A DNA stretch of 42,454 bases from a virus (Duplodnaviria; Caudoviricetes). The notes under the pieces were generated by a model. The model was not told where the DNA came from, did no database searches, and was given only the letters and a program-made list of their open reading frames with translations. The stretch lies in the IMG/VR virus record IMGVR_UViG_3300037515_000929, positions 1-42,454 of that record. One strand, 5' to 3'. Shown here one piece after another: positions 33,252 to 41,052 of the stretch (positions within the stretch are counted from its first letter, which is position 1; the number at the start of each line of letters is the position of its first letter). Position numbers and translations under genes: made by a program.

Positions 33252-34757
33252 GTGGAGACGACGACGGCCGCACCCTCGATCGAGATGATCGAGCTCCGGA
33301 GCCTCTCGGAGCACCCGCAGAACCCGCGGAAGACGTTCGACGCCGAACGCCTGGCCGAGCTCGTCGAGAGCGTGCGGCAGCAGGGGATCCTCAACCCCCT
33401 GCTGGTCCGACCGCTGGACCCGGCCGCCCCCGACGGCGGGTACCAGATCCTGGCCGGCGCCCGGCGCTTCCGCGCGGCCGCGAAGGCCGGCCTCCCCCAG
33501 GTCCCGGCGATCGTCCGGGACCTCGACGACACCGCCGCCTTCGAGGTGGTGGTCATCGACAACCTGCAGCGCGCGGACCTCCACCCGCTCGAGGAGGCCT
33601 ACGGCTACCACCAGCTGATGCGGCCGAGCGTGGGCTACAGCGTGGGTCGCGTGGCGGACCGGGTCGGCCGGTCCATCTCCTACGTCTACGACCGGCTGAA
33701 GCTGTTGAGCCTGACGAAGGAGGCTCAGCAGCTCTTCCGCGAGGGGGCGATCACCACCGCTCACGCGGTCATCCTCGCGCGCCTGACGCCGGCGGACCAG
33801 AAGCGTGCGATCGGCAAGCCCGGTGAAGGCCCGCTCCTCGAGCGCGAGCGAACTCTCTTCGACCCGACGGACAAGTCTTCGCGCGACTCCGTCAAGCCCA
33901 TCAGCGTCCGTGAGCTCCAGGCCTGGGTCGACAAGCACGTCCGCTTCGACGCCACGGCCGCCGATCCGATGCTGTTCCCGGACACTGTCGAGGCCGTCCA
34001 GGAGGCGAAGGAGGAGGAGCTCAAGATCGTCCCGATCACGCACGACCACAACGTGATCCCCTCGGCGAAGGACGGCTCGAGGACCTACGGGCCGCAGTCG
34101 TGGCGCCGCGCCGGCGGAGCCGGCTCGAAGAAGTGCGACCGCGCCGTGCAGGGCGTGATCGTCGTCGGGCCCGGACGCGGGCAGGCGTTCCCCGTCTGCA
34201 TCGACAAGAAGAAGTGCGCCGTGCACTGGGGCAAGGAGCAGCGCGCGGCGAAGAAGCGGGCCGGCCAGGCGGCGAAGGGAGGCACGACCGGCGAGGACCG
34301 CTGGCGGATCGAGCAGCGCAAGCGCGAGGAAGAGCGCAAGCGCGAAGAGGCGGAGAGCGCCCGCTGGAGAAGGGCCGTGCCGACCATCCTCGAGGCGATC
34401 GCGACCTCGGTCAAGAAGGCTCCGGTGCGCGCCAGGGGCCAGCTCGCCGACCTGATCCTGAGGGACGTGCGGTACACGAGCTACGGCGCCCTCCCGCTCG
34501 AGACGGTGGCGGATCTGGTCCCGCTCGGCCAGACCGCCGAGGACCTGGTGCGCCACGTCGGCTTCGTCATCCTCGCTAATTCGGCGCAGGAGTACGTCGC
34601 GCACCGGTCCTTCCCGAGGGTGGCGAAGGCCTTCGGCGTCGACGCGCGGAAGATCCTCGACGAGGTCGCGCCGGAGCCGAAGGAGCCGGCCGCCGCCGCG
34701 GCGCCGGCGAAGAAGACCAGGAAGGCGGCGAAGAAGGCGCGCGGCCGCCGTGGGTGA
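33252..34757 (+). CDS. parB: ParB/Spo0J-family protein, long form
   Basis: NPRKTFD, LVESVRQQGILNPLLVRP, AGARRFRAA, NLQRADLHPLEEA, HTH; C-terminal Cys cluster. Confidence 0.92.
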   Translation: METTTAAPSIEMIELRSLSEHPQNPRKTFDAERLAELVESVRQQGILNPLLVRPLDPAAPDGGYQILAGARRFRAAAKAGLPQVPAIVRDLDDTAAFEVVVIDNLQRADLHPLEEAYGYHQLMRPSVGYSVGRVADRVGRSISYVYDRLKLLSLTKEAQQLFREGAITTAHAVILARLTPADQKRAIGKPGEGPLLERERTLFDPTDKSSRDSVKPISVRELQAWVDKHVRFDATAADPMLFPDTVEAVQEAKEEELKIVPITHDHNVIPSAKDGSRTYGPQSWRRAGGAGSKKCDRAVQGVIVVGPGRGQAFPVCIDKKKCAVHWGKEQRAAKKRAGQAAKGGTTGEDRWRIEQRKREEERKREEAESARWRRAVPTILEAIATSVKKAPVRARGQLADLILRDVRYTSYGALPLETVADLVPLGQTAEDLVRHVGFVILANSAQEYVAHRSFPRVAKAFGVDARKILDEVAPEPKEPAAAAAPAKKTRKAAKKARGRRG

Positions 34758-35298
34758 GGACCGGCTGCAGCTGCGCGCCCTGAGCCTCACTCAGCCCTGG
34801 GCCTCGCTGGTCGCCCTCGGCGTCAAGCGTCTCGAGACGCGCTCGTGGCAAACCGCCCACCGGGGCCCTCTCGCGATCCACGCGTCGTGGGGCTTCCCCC
34901 CGTCCGCCCGGCGCCTGTGCGAGGAGGAGCCTTTCCTCCGTCTCCTCGACGGGGCAGGCCTCGACGAGGACACACTCCCTCGCCGGGCCGTGCTCGGCGT
35001 CTGTCGGCTGCTGGGCTGCCATCTCATCACCGAGCTCGAGGCGCAGCGCATTGCCCACCTCGGGGCCGGTGAAGAGCTCCACCTGGGCGTCCGCTTCGGC
35101 GCCGCCGTCGTCACCCGCGTCGAGGCCGCGCTCGGCGACTTCAGCGCACGCCGCTACGCCTGGACGCTGAGCGAGCCGCGGCTCTTCAGCCGGCCGTCAC
35201 CGGCTTCCGGCCGTCTGGGCGTCTGGCGGTGGGAGACGCCGGTCAACTTCCGCGACCTCGAGCCTGAGATCGCGGCCCTACTCCAGGAGGGTCGGTGA
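34750..35298 (+). CDS. ASCH domain protein
   Basis: ALSLTQPWASLVALGVKRLETRSW, RGPLAIHAS, GRLGVW. Confidence 0.92.
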   Translation: MGEDRLQLRALSLTQPWASLVALGVKRLETRSWQTAHRGPLAIHASWGFPPSARRLCEEEPFLRLLDGAGLDEDTLPRRAVLGVCRLLGCHLITELEAQRIAHLGAGEELHLGVRFGAAVVTRVEAALGDFSARRYAWTLSEPRLFSRPSPASGRLGVWRWETPVNFRDLEPEIAALLQEGR

Positions 35299-35570
35299 GC
35301 GAGAGCGAGACGCCGCAGCAGCGGGCACTCCGGATCGTCCGGCTCGAGGTGGAGCGGAGCGGGGGCACCCCCGGGGAGGTGACGCTCTCGACGCCCCTGC
35401 GGGACCTGGGGTTCGACTCTCTCGACCTGCTCGAGCTCCAGGTCTCCCTCGAGGACGAGTTCGATGTCGAGATCCCTGCCCCCGTCGTCCAGCCCGACTG
35501 GATCGTTGCCGGTACTACGGTCGGGGAGCTGATCCTCCAGGTCGTGGGGCGAGAGCAGGGCAGCGCATGA
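35295..35570 (+). CDS. Acyl carrier protein
   Basis: LRDLGFDSLDLLELQVSLEDEFDVEIP...TVGEL; phosphopantetheine Ser codon at 35418-35420. Confidence 0.9.
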   Translation: MSESETPQQRALRIVRLEVERSGGTPGEVTLSTPLRDLGFDSLDLLELQVSLEDEFDVEIPAPVVQPDWIVAGTTVGELILQVVGREQGSA

Positions 35571-36169
35571 GGAACCCGCGCGAGCGCCTGGTGCGCCACG
35601 TCCAGGAGCTGGAGCGCCTCGAGGAGGCGAAGCGCGAGGCCGCGGATCGGCTGCGCGACGCCTACAAGGCGGCCGGCGACAACGGCTTCGACGTCGGGAC
35701 GATCAAGGTGGTGCTCCGGCTCCGGCGCATGACGCCGGCGCAGCGCCAGGAGAAGCGGGCCCTCGAGGCGATCTACATGGCAGCCCTCGGGATGCTCGAG
35801 GGCGAGCCGCTTCCGGACGAGGCCCGCCGCCGCCTGGACGACCGGCCGCCGCCGGCCGAGGAGGCGCCTGGGCGGACCTCCACCGACGCCAGGCCAGCGC
35901 CTCCCCCTGACCCGGCGCCCGGTCAGATCCCGATGGAGCTGAAGGACCCGGCCGAGGCGCGCGCCGAGGGCAGCGCCGCGGCCGAGGAAGGGAAGCGCAT
36001 CTACGACAACCCCTATCCCGCAGGCGACCCCTGCCGCGCCGCCTGGGACGAGGGCTGGTGCGCGAAGAAGAAGTCTCACGGCATGGAGACCCCGGCGGCG
36101 TACCAGCGACGGACGGCGAAGAAGCCGGACGCCGAGGAGGACGCCGGCGAGAAGAAGGGAGCGTCCTGA
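35567..36169 (+). CDS. GapR (DUF2312)-like protein fused to an Rmf-like domain
   Basis: LERLEEAK...AYKAAGDNGFDVGTIKVVLRLRR...YMAALGM; then EG..AA..GK...NPY...RAAWDEGW. Confidence 0.8.
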   Translation: MRNPRERLVRHVQELERLEEAKREAADRLRDAYKAAGDNGFDVGTIKVVLRLRRMTPAQRQEKRALEAIYMAALGMLEGEPLPDEARRRLDDRPPPAEEAPGRTSTDARPAPPPDPAPGQIPMELKDPAEARAEGSAAAEEGKRIYDNPYPAGDPCRAAWDEGWCAKKKSHGMETPAAYQRRTAKKPDAEEDAGEKKGAS

Positions 36170-37083
36170 TGCACCAGCCGCGGCGCACGCTCGAGCGCGA
36201 CTCCGTCGCCGGCGCCCTCGAGCAGCTCCAGGAGTTCGCCGACATCCGCCGCCCCGAGGACGTCGACGAGCCGATCCTCGCGCCTCGCGTGGCGAACGCC
36301 GTCCACGAGTGGATGGTCGAGATCAGCAACGCCGACGAGCTCACGGCCGTCGGCTGCGAGCCGAGGCGCCTGGCGCTGCTGTACGGGCCACCCGGGACCG
36401 GCAAGACCACCCTCGCGCACCACGTCGCGTCCCGCTTCGGCCTGCCGCTCGTCGCAGTCCAGTCGGAGCGGATCATCGAGGGCTACCTCGGCAGCACGGG
36501 TCGCAACCTGGGGACCCTCTTCGACGGGCTGCGCGCGGTGGAGCGCGACTGCGTCCTGCTCCTCGACGAGTTCGACGCCCTGGCGATGCAGCGGTCCTCG
36601 GGGAAGATGCAGGGCGCCCAGCAGGAGCGGAACCAGTTCCTCACCGTCCTGCTCCGTCGGATCGAGGACTTCCGCGGCGTCGGTCTCGCGGCCACGAACA
36701 CGAAGGACGTCATCGACCCCGCCATGTGGCGCCGCTTCGGGTTGCAGATCTCGGTCGACCTCCCCGGAGAGGAAGAGCGGTTTGCGATCCTGCGCAAGTA
36801 CGCCCTCCCCTACGACCTGGAGGACTCCGCGATCGACGTCCTCGTGCGCGTCACCCGCGGCTGCAGCCCGAGCCTCCTCCGCCAGCTCATGGAGGGGATG
36901 AAACGGACGCTGGTCCTGGCCCCTCGGCTCCAGCTGGACGTGAGCGCCCCGGAGCGCGTCTTCGCGCACGTCCGGTCCTCGATCGCCCCGCCCCCCGAGC
37001 TGGAGCAGCCGCCGCTCTGGTCGGACGCCCGCGCGATCGAGGAGGTCAGGGGCATCGCCTGGCCGCCCAGGAAGGCCAACTGA
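36169..37083 (+). CDS. AAA+ ATPase, classical clade
   Basis: GPPGTGKT, pore loop YLG, LLDEFD, AATN, DPAMWRRF. Confidence 0.93.
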   Translation: MHQPRRTLERDSVAGALEQLQEFADIRRPEDVDEPILAPRVANAVHEWMVEISNADELTAVGCEPRRLALLYGPPGTGKTTLAHHVASRFGLPLVAVQSERIIEGYLGSTGRNLGTLFDGLRAVERDCVLLLDEFDALAMQRSSGKMQGAQQERNQFLTVLLRRIEDFRGVGLAATNTKDVIDPAMWRRFGLQISVDLPGEEERFAILRKYALPYDLEDSAIDVLVRVTRGCSPSLLRQLMEGMKRTLVLAPRLQLDVSAPERVFAHVRSSIAPPPELEQPPLWSDARAIEEVRGIAWPPRKAN

Positions 37084-37084
37084 C

Positions 37085-37966
37085 GTGAGTGACGATCCGA
37101 AGCTGCGCGCAGAGTGGTTCTGGGTAGACCGCTGGGACGGCTCAAACGGGAAGCTCCTACCCCTCGCCCCTCGTGGGCTCTACCGCGAGATGCTCACGCA
37201 GGCGTGGCGGCGGGGTGCGCGGCTCCCGAACGACCCGGAGGCGATCCGGCGCGCCTGCGGCGTCACTGCGCGCGAGTGGCGCGCCTGCTGGCCCAAGGTG
37301 GCCCCCTTCTGGCGGGTCGAGGGCGACGTCCTGGTCAACAACACGCAGCTCGAGGTCTACGCCGAGGCGGTCGCCCAGGTCGAGAAGAACCGGACCCGAG
37401 CGAAGCGGGCGGCCAACGCGCGCTGGGGAAGCTCGAGCAATGCTCGAGGATATCCTCAAGCACATGCTCAAGCATTGCCCGAGGAGATGCTTGAGCAATG
37501 CCCTCCGTCTCCGTCTCCGTCTCCGGTATCACCCTCGCTACGCTCGGGTGACACTCCCGCCGCGGCGCTGGCTGGCTGGCGGTCCTTTACCACGGTACAA
37601 CGGCCGCCAGCCCGCCAGCGCCCCGCGAGGGAGGGCTCGCCGCCGCCTGGGAACGGCCACGCCGGCGCCCTGGAGTTCGACCCCAGCAACGACCTGGAGG
37701 CGACGCTCGCGGCCTACTGCGAGCAGCTCGCGGACCTCGAAGCGACACGAGACGGACGCGAGACAGAGCCTGACGACGCGTCGCAAATGCTCGCTGTCGT
37801 GAGCACGACAGCGAAGGGTAAACGCCTCGACGGCCTGGCCGGGGCGCCGGCGGCCTGGCTCGCCGTCAGTATCCGCCAGGCGGAGCGCTTCGCCCTCGAC
37901 GAGTACGGCGTGGACCTGTCTGAGATGGTCTTGCGCCGATCAAGCCCCCCCGGAGGAGGTGAGTGA
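37085..37966 (+). CDS. Replication initiator, DUF1376/YdaU-like
   Basis: RGLYREML..AW, LPND, AANARW, SPSPSP linker; internal iterons. Confidence 0.8.
   Translation: MSDDPKLRAEWFWVDRWDGSNGKLLPLAPRGLYREMLTQAWRRGARLPNDPEAIRRACGVTAREWRACWPKVAPFWRVEGDVLVNNTQLEVYAEAVAQVEKNRTRAKRAANARWGSSSNARGYPQAHAQALPEEMLEQCPPSPSPSPVSPSLRSGDTPAAALAGWRSFTTVQRPPARQRPAREGSPPPGNGHAGALEFDPSNDLEATLAAYCEQLADLEATRDGRETEPDDASQMLAVVSTTAKGKRLDGLAGAPAAWLAVSIRQAERFALDEYGVDLSEMVLRRSSPPGGGE
37430..37497. repeat. Six imperfect TGCTCGAGCA palindromes, putative origin iterons
   Basis: Copies start at 37430, 37441, 37453, 37465, 37476, 37488. Confidence 0.8.
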
Positions 37967-39687
37967 GCGTGATGCTGAAGGTGGGCGCCGGGTTCCAGCT
38001 CGCGATCGAGCACGTCGAGGACGTGGTCGCGATCATCGGCCGCCGCGGCCGCGGGAAGACGTCGACCGCTACCGTGCTCGTCGAGGAGCTCCACCGCGCG
38101 CGGCACCGGTTCTGCGTCGCGGATCCCGTCGGCGTCTGGCACGGGCTCAAGTCCTCGAGTGACGGGAAGTCCCCGGGTCTCCCGGCGATCGTGATGGGCG
38201 GCGATCACGGGGACGTCCCCCTCGAGGCGACGGCGGGGCGCGTGATCGCCGACTTCGTCGCGACCTCGGACAGCTCCGTCGTCCTCGACTTCCTGCACTT
38301 CCGCAAGGCCCACATGAGCCGCTTCATGACCGACTTCCTCGAGGAGCTCTACACGAAGAACCGGCGGGCGCTCCACCTGGTGCTCGACGAGGCCGACAAG
38401 TTCATCCCGCAGCGCGTCGACGGCAGCAACGCGCAGCTGGTCGGCGCCGCCGAGGACGTCGTGAAGATGGGCCGGGCCCGGGGGCTGCTGCCCATCCTCA
38501 TCACGCAGCGGCCAGCCTCGCTCAACAAGAACGCGCTCTCGCAGGCGGGTCTGCTGATCGCGCACGGCCTGACCTCGCCGCACGACCGCAAGGCCGTCGA
38601 CCTCTGGGTGAGGGAGAACGCCACCGAGGAGCAGCGCAAGGCCTTCCACGCCTCGCTCGCCGGGCTCGACCGGGGCGTCGCGTGGTTCTGGCAGCCGGAG
38701 GCCGAGATCTTCCGCCAGGTGTCCGTGCGGGCGCGCACCACGTTCGACTCGTCGTCGACGCCGAAGGCCGGGGGCCATCGCGCCGCGCCGAAGGTCGTCG
38801 CGCAGGTCGACCTGGAGCAGCTCGAGCAGCGGATCCGGTCGACCATCGAGGAGCGGAAGGCGAACGACCCGAAGGAGCTGCGGCGCCGTATCGGCGAGCT
38901 CGAGCGCCAGCTGGCGAAGCCGACCACGCCGGCGCCGGCGACGGTGGAGCGGGTCGAGGTCCCCATCCTGGAGGCGCCCACGGTGAAGCGCCTCGAGGCC
39001 GCGCTCGTGAAGGTGGACCGCCAAGGCGCGCGCCTTTCCGGCGACGTCCTCCGCCTGGTCGAGCTGCACGATGACATCAGAGCCCGCCTGGCGGATGTCC
39101 GGTCAGCTCTGGCCGGGCCTTTCGAGCGCGCCCGCCCGCCGGCGGCGCCGCCGCGCGCATCGACGACGCCAGCGCCGCCTCGTGCTGCCCCTCGGTCGGC
39201 GCAGGGATCCGGCAAGGCCGTCGGGGGAGGCATGCAGCGGATCCTCGTCGCTCTCGCCCAGCGGCCGCAGGGGCTGACGATCAAGCAGGTCGCGCTACGC
39301 GCGGGGCTGTCCAGCCGGAGCGGCACCTTCTCGACGTACGTCAGCCGCTGCCGCCAGCAGGGCTGGATCGCGGGCGGCAGCAAGGAGGTCCTCCGGATCA
39401 CGGATGAGGGGCTCGAGGCGCTGGGGCCCTTCGAGCCCCTGCCCACGGGTGCCGGGCTCCTCGCCTACTGGTCGAGCCAGCTCGGAGGTGGCGCCTCGAG
39501 GCTCCTCGAGGCGGTCGCTGCCGCCTACCCTGCCGAGCTGAGCAACGACGAGGCCTCGGCAGCCGCGGGCCTCTCTGGGCGCAGCGGCACCTTCTCGACG
39601 TACGTGAGCCGCCTGCGAGGGCTGCAGCTGATCGAGGGCGCCCGCGGGAGCGGCCGCCTGCGCGCGTCCGCTGAGCTCTTCGAGTGA
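37963..39687 (+). CDS. HerA/FtsK-like ATPase with coiled coil and two wHTH repeats
   Basis: GRRGRGKT, LDEAD, GRARG, TQRPA; GLS(S/G)RSGTFSTYVSR twice. Confidence 0.88.
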   Translation: MSVMLKVGAGFQLAIEHVEDVVAIIGRRGRGKTSTATVLVEELHRARHRFCVADPVGVWHGLKSSSDGKSPGLPAIVMGGDHGDVPLEATAGRVIADFVATSDSSVVLDFLHFRKAHMSRFMTDFLEELYTKNRRALHLVLDEADKFIPQRVDGSNAQLVGAAEDVVKMGRARGLLPILITQRPASLNKNALSQAGLLIAHGLTSPHDRKAVDLWVRENATEEQRKAFHASLAGLDRGVAWFWQPEAEIFRQVSVRARTTFDSSSTPKAGGHRAAPKVVAQVDLEQLEQRIRSTIEERKANDPKELRRRIGELERQLAKPTTPAPATVERVEVPILEAPTVKRLEAALVKVDRQGARLSGDVLRLVELHDDIRARLADVRSALAGPFERARPPAAPPRASTTPAPPRAAPRSAQGSGKAVGGGMQRILVALAQRPQGLTIKQVALRAGLSSRSGTFSTYVSRCRQQGWIAGGSKEVLRITDEGLEALGPFEPLPTGAGLLAYWSSQLGGGASRLLEAVAAAYPAELSNDEASAAAGLSGRSGTFSTYVSRLRGLQLIEGARGSGRLRASAELFE

Positions 39688-40076
39688 GCGAGCCCTGTAC
39701 GATCACGATCCCGGGTCTCCCGGTCGGAAAGCCCAGGCAGACCCAGCGCGACCGCTGGGCCAGGCGGCCGGCGGTGCTCCGGTACCGGGCCTGGGCCGAC
39801 ACCGCCCGAGACGCGGTGCTCCAGGCCTACGGCGCGCACGCCCTCGACCACGTCCCGCTTGAGGTGCACGTCCTCGCGTGGTTCCCGCTGCCCAAGCGCT
39901 GGCGCCCGGGCGTCAGGCCTGGCTGGCCGTATCGGCAGAAGCCCGACGCCGACAACGTCTGCAAGGCGGTCTGTGACGCCCTCTGGGAGCGCGACGAGCT
40001 CATCGCGGGATCCTCGTGCTGGTGCTCCTGGGACGACGGCCGCGGCCCTCGACTGGAGGTCTGGTGGAGGGACTGA
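39684..40076 (+). CDS. rusA: RusA-family Holliday junction resolvase
   Basis: PVGKPR, KPDADNVCKAVCDAL. Confidence 0.9.
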   Translation: MSEPCTITIPGLPVGKPRQTQRDRWARRPAVLRYRAWADTARDAVLQAYGAHALDHVPLEVHVLAWFPLPKRWRPGVRPGWPYRQKPDADNVCKAVCDALWERDELIAGSSCWCSWDDGRGPRLEVWWRD

Positions 40077-40270
40077 CGCCGGAGCAGCAGGAGATAGTGG
40101 AGCGGCTGCCGCCGGCGGTCGTCAAACTGCTCGTCGAGGAGTTCCGTGCCCTGGGCCCGTCCAGGTCGGGCGAGATCCGCCTGGTCCTCGCGGTCGTGCG
40201 AGGCGCCGTCAGGGCGGAGCGCTCGTACATCGAGCCGCCGCGCCGGTGGGCACGCCACCCGCGCGACTGA
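40064..40270 (+). CDS. Small hypothetical protein, last early gene
   Basis: GTG start inside the rusA end; SGEIRLVLAVVRGAVR. Confidence 0.5.
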   Translation: MEGLTPEQQEIVERLPPAVVKLLVEEFRALGPSRSGEIRLVLAVVRGAVRAERSYIEPPRRWARHPRD

Positions 40271-40288
40271 CCCGGACGCCGGAATGGC

Positions 40289-40317
40289 TTGACCGCGCGG
40301 CTGTCAGCCCGTACCCT
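40289..40317 (+). promoter_or_regulatory. Sigma70-type promoter for lysis/late operon
   Basis: TTGACC N17 TACCCT. Confidence 0.6.
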
Positions 40318-40437
40318 CTGAGCTGAGCCGCGTGGCTCCGGCGAGGTAGCCCGCGACGCAAGCGGGCCCGCCGGGAGGGATTGCCCGGTGCCGAGGGCCC
40401 TCCGACATGCCTCCTCACGAGGCGAGTCGGAGGATCC

Positions 40438-41052
40438 TTGCCGGCAGACGCAGACCAGGCCCCCGAGCCGCCCCCCCTCTCGACATTCGATCGGGCCTTC
40501 AGCCGCATCGTCCTCGCTGAGGGCGGCGCCGCCTTCAGTGACCACCCCCACGACCCCGGCGGGCCCACGAAATGGGGCGTCTCCTGGCGCGCGGTCCGCC
40601 TGCGCGACGCGGACCGCGACGGCCGCTTCGATTTCGACCTCGACTTCGACGGCGACGTCGACGCCGACGACATCCGGCTGATCGAGCGCCACCACGCCGA
40701 GCAGCTCTTCGCCGAGGACTACTGGGGCCCCGCCGGCTGCGAGCGGTGGCCGGCGCCGGTGGCGATCGCCGTCGCCGACGCCGCCTACAACCAGGGGCCG
40801 CGGACCGCCGTCGCCCTCCTCCAGCGCGCGATCGGGGCCGCGTCGGGGCGGCCTGACGGGATCCCGGGGCCGCGCACCCGCGCCGCCGTCGAGGCGCTCG
40901 GGGCCGCGGGACGGGTCCCCGAGCTCCTCACCCGCTTCGCAGCCCTACGAGCGGACCGCTACCGGCTGCACCCGCGCGTCGACACCTTCTTCCGCGGCTG
41001 GATCGCGCGGCTCATCGAGCTCGACAGGGCTCTGGCTGGAGGTCCCCAGTGA
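40438..41052 (+). CDS. Endolysin, GH108 with C-terminal peptidoglycan-binding domain
   Basis: EGG...DHPHDPGGPTKWGVS, YNQG, DGIPGPRT, FFRGWIARL; TTG at 40438 follows GGAGG (TTG 40381 is an alternative start). Confidence 0.92.
   Translation: MPADADQAPEPPPLSTFDRAFSRIVLAEGGAAFSDHPHDPGGPTKWGVSWRAVRLRDADRDGRFDFDLDFDGDVDADDIRLIERHHAEQLFAEDYWGPAGCERWPAPVAIAVADAAYNQGPRTAVALLQRAIGAASGRPDGIPGPRTRAAVEALGAAGRVPELLTRFAALRADRYRLHPRVDTFFRGWIARLIELDRALAGGPQ

Noticed and set aside
33252-34757. Plasmid-prophage parABS system
   Set aside because: No ParA-type ATPase recognised, and integrase plus attP are intact.
36169-39687. IetAS or HerA-based (Sir2-HerA, NurA-HerA) defence operon
   Set aside because: No S8 protease, Sir2 or NurA partner is present.
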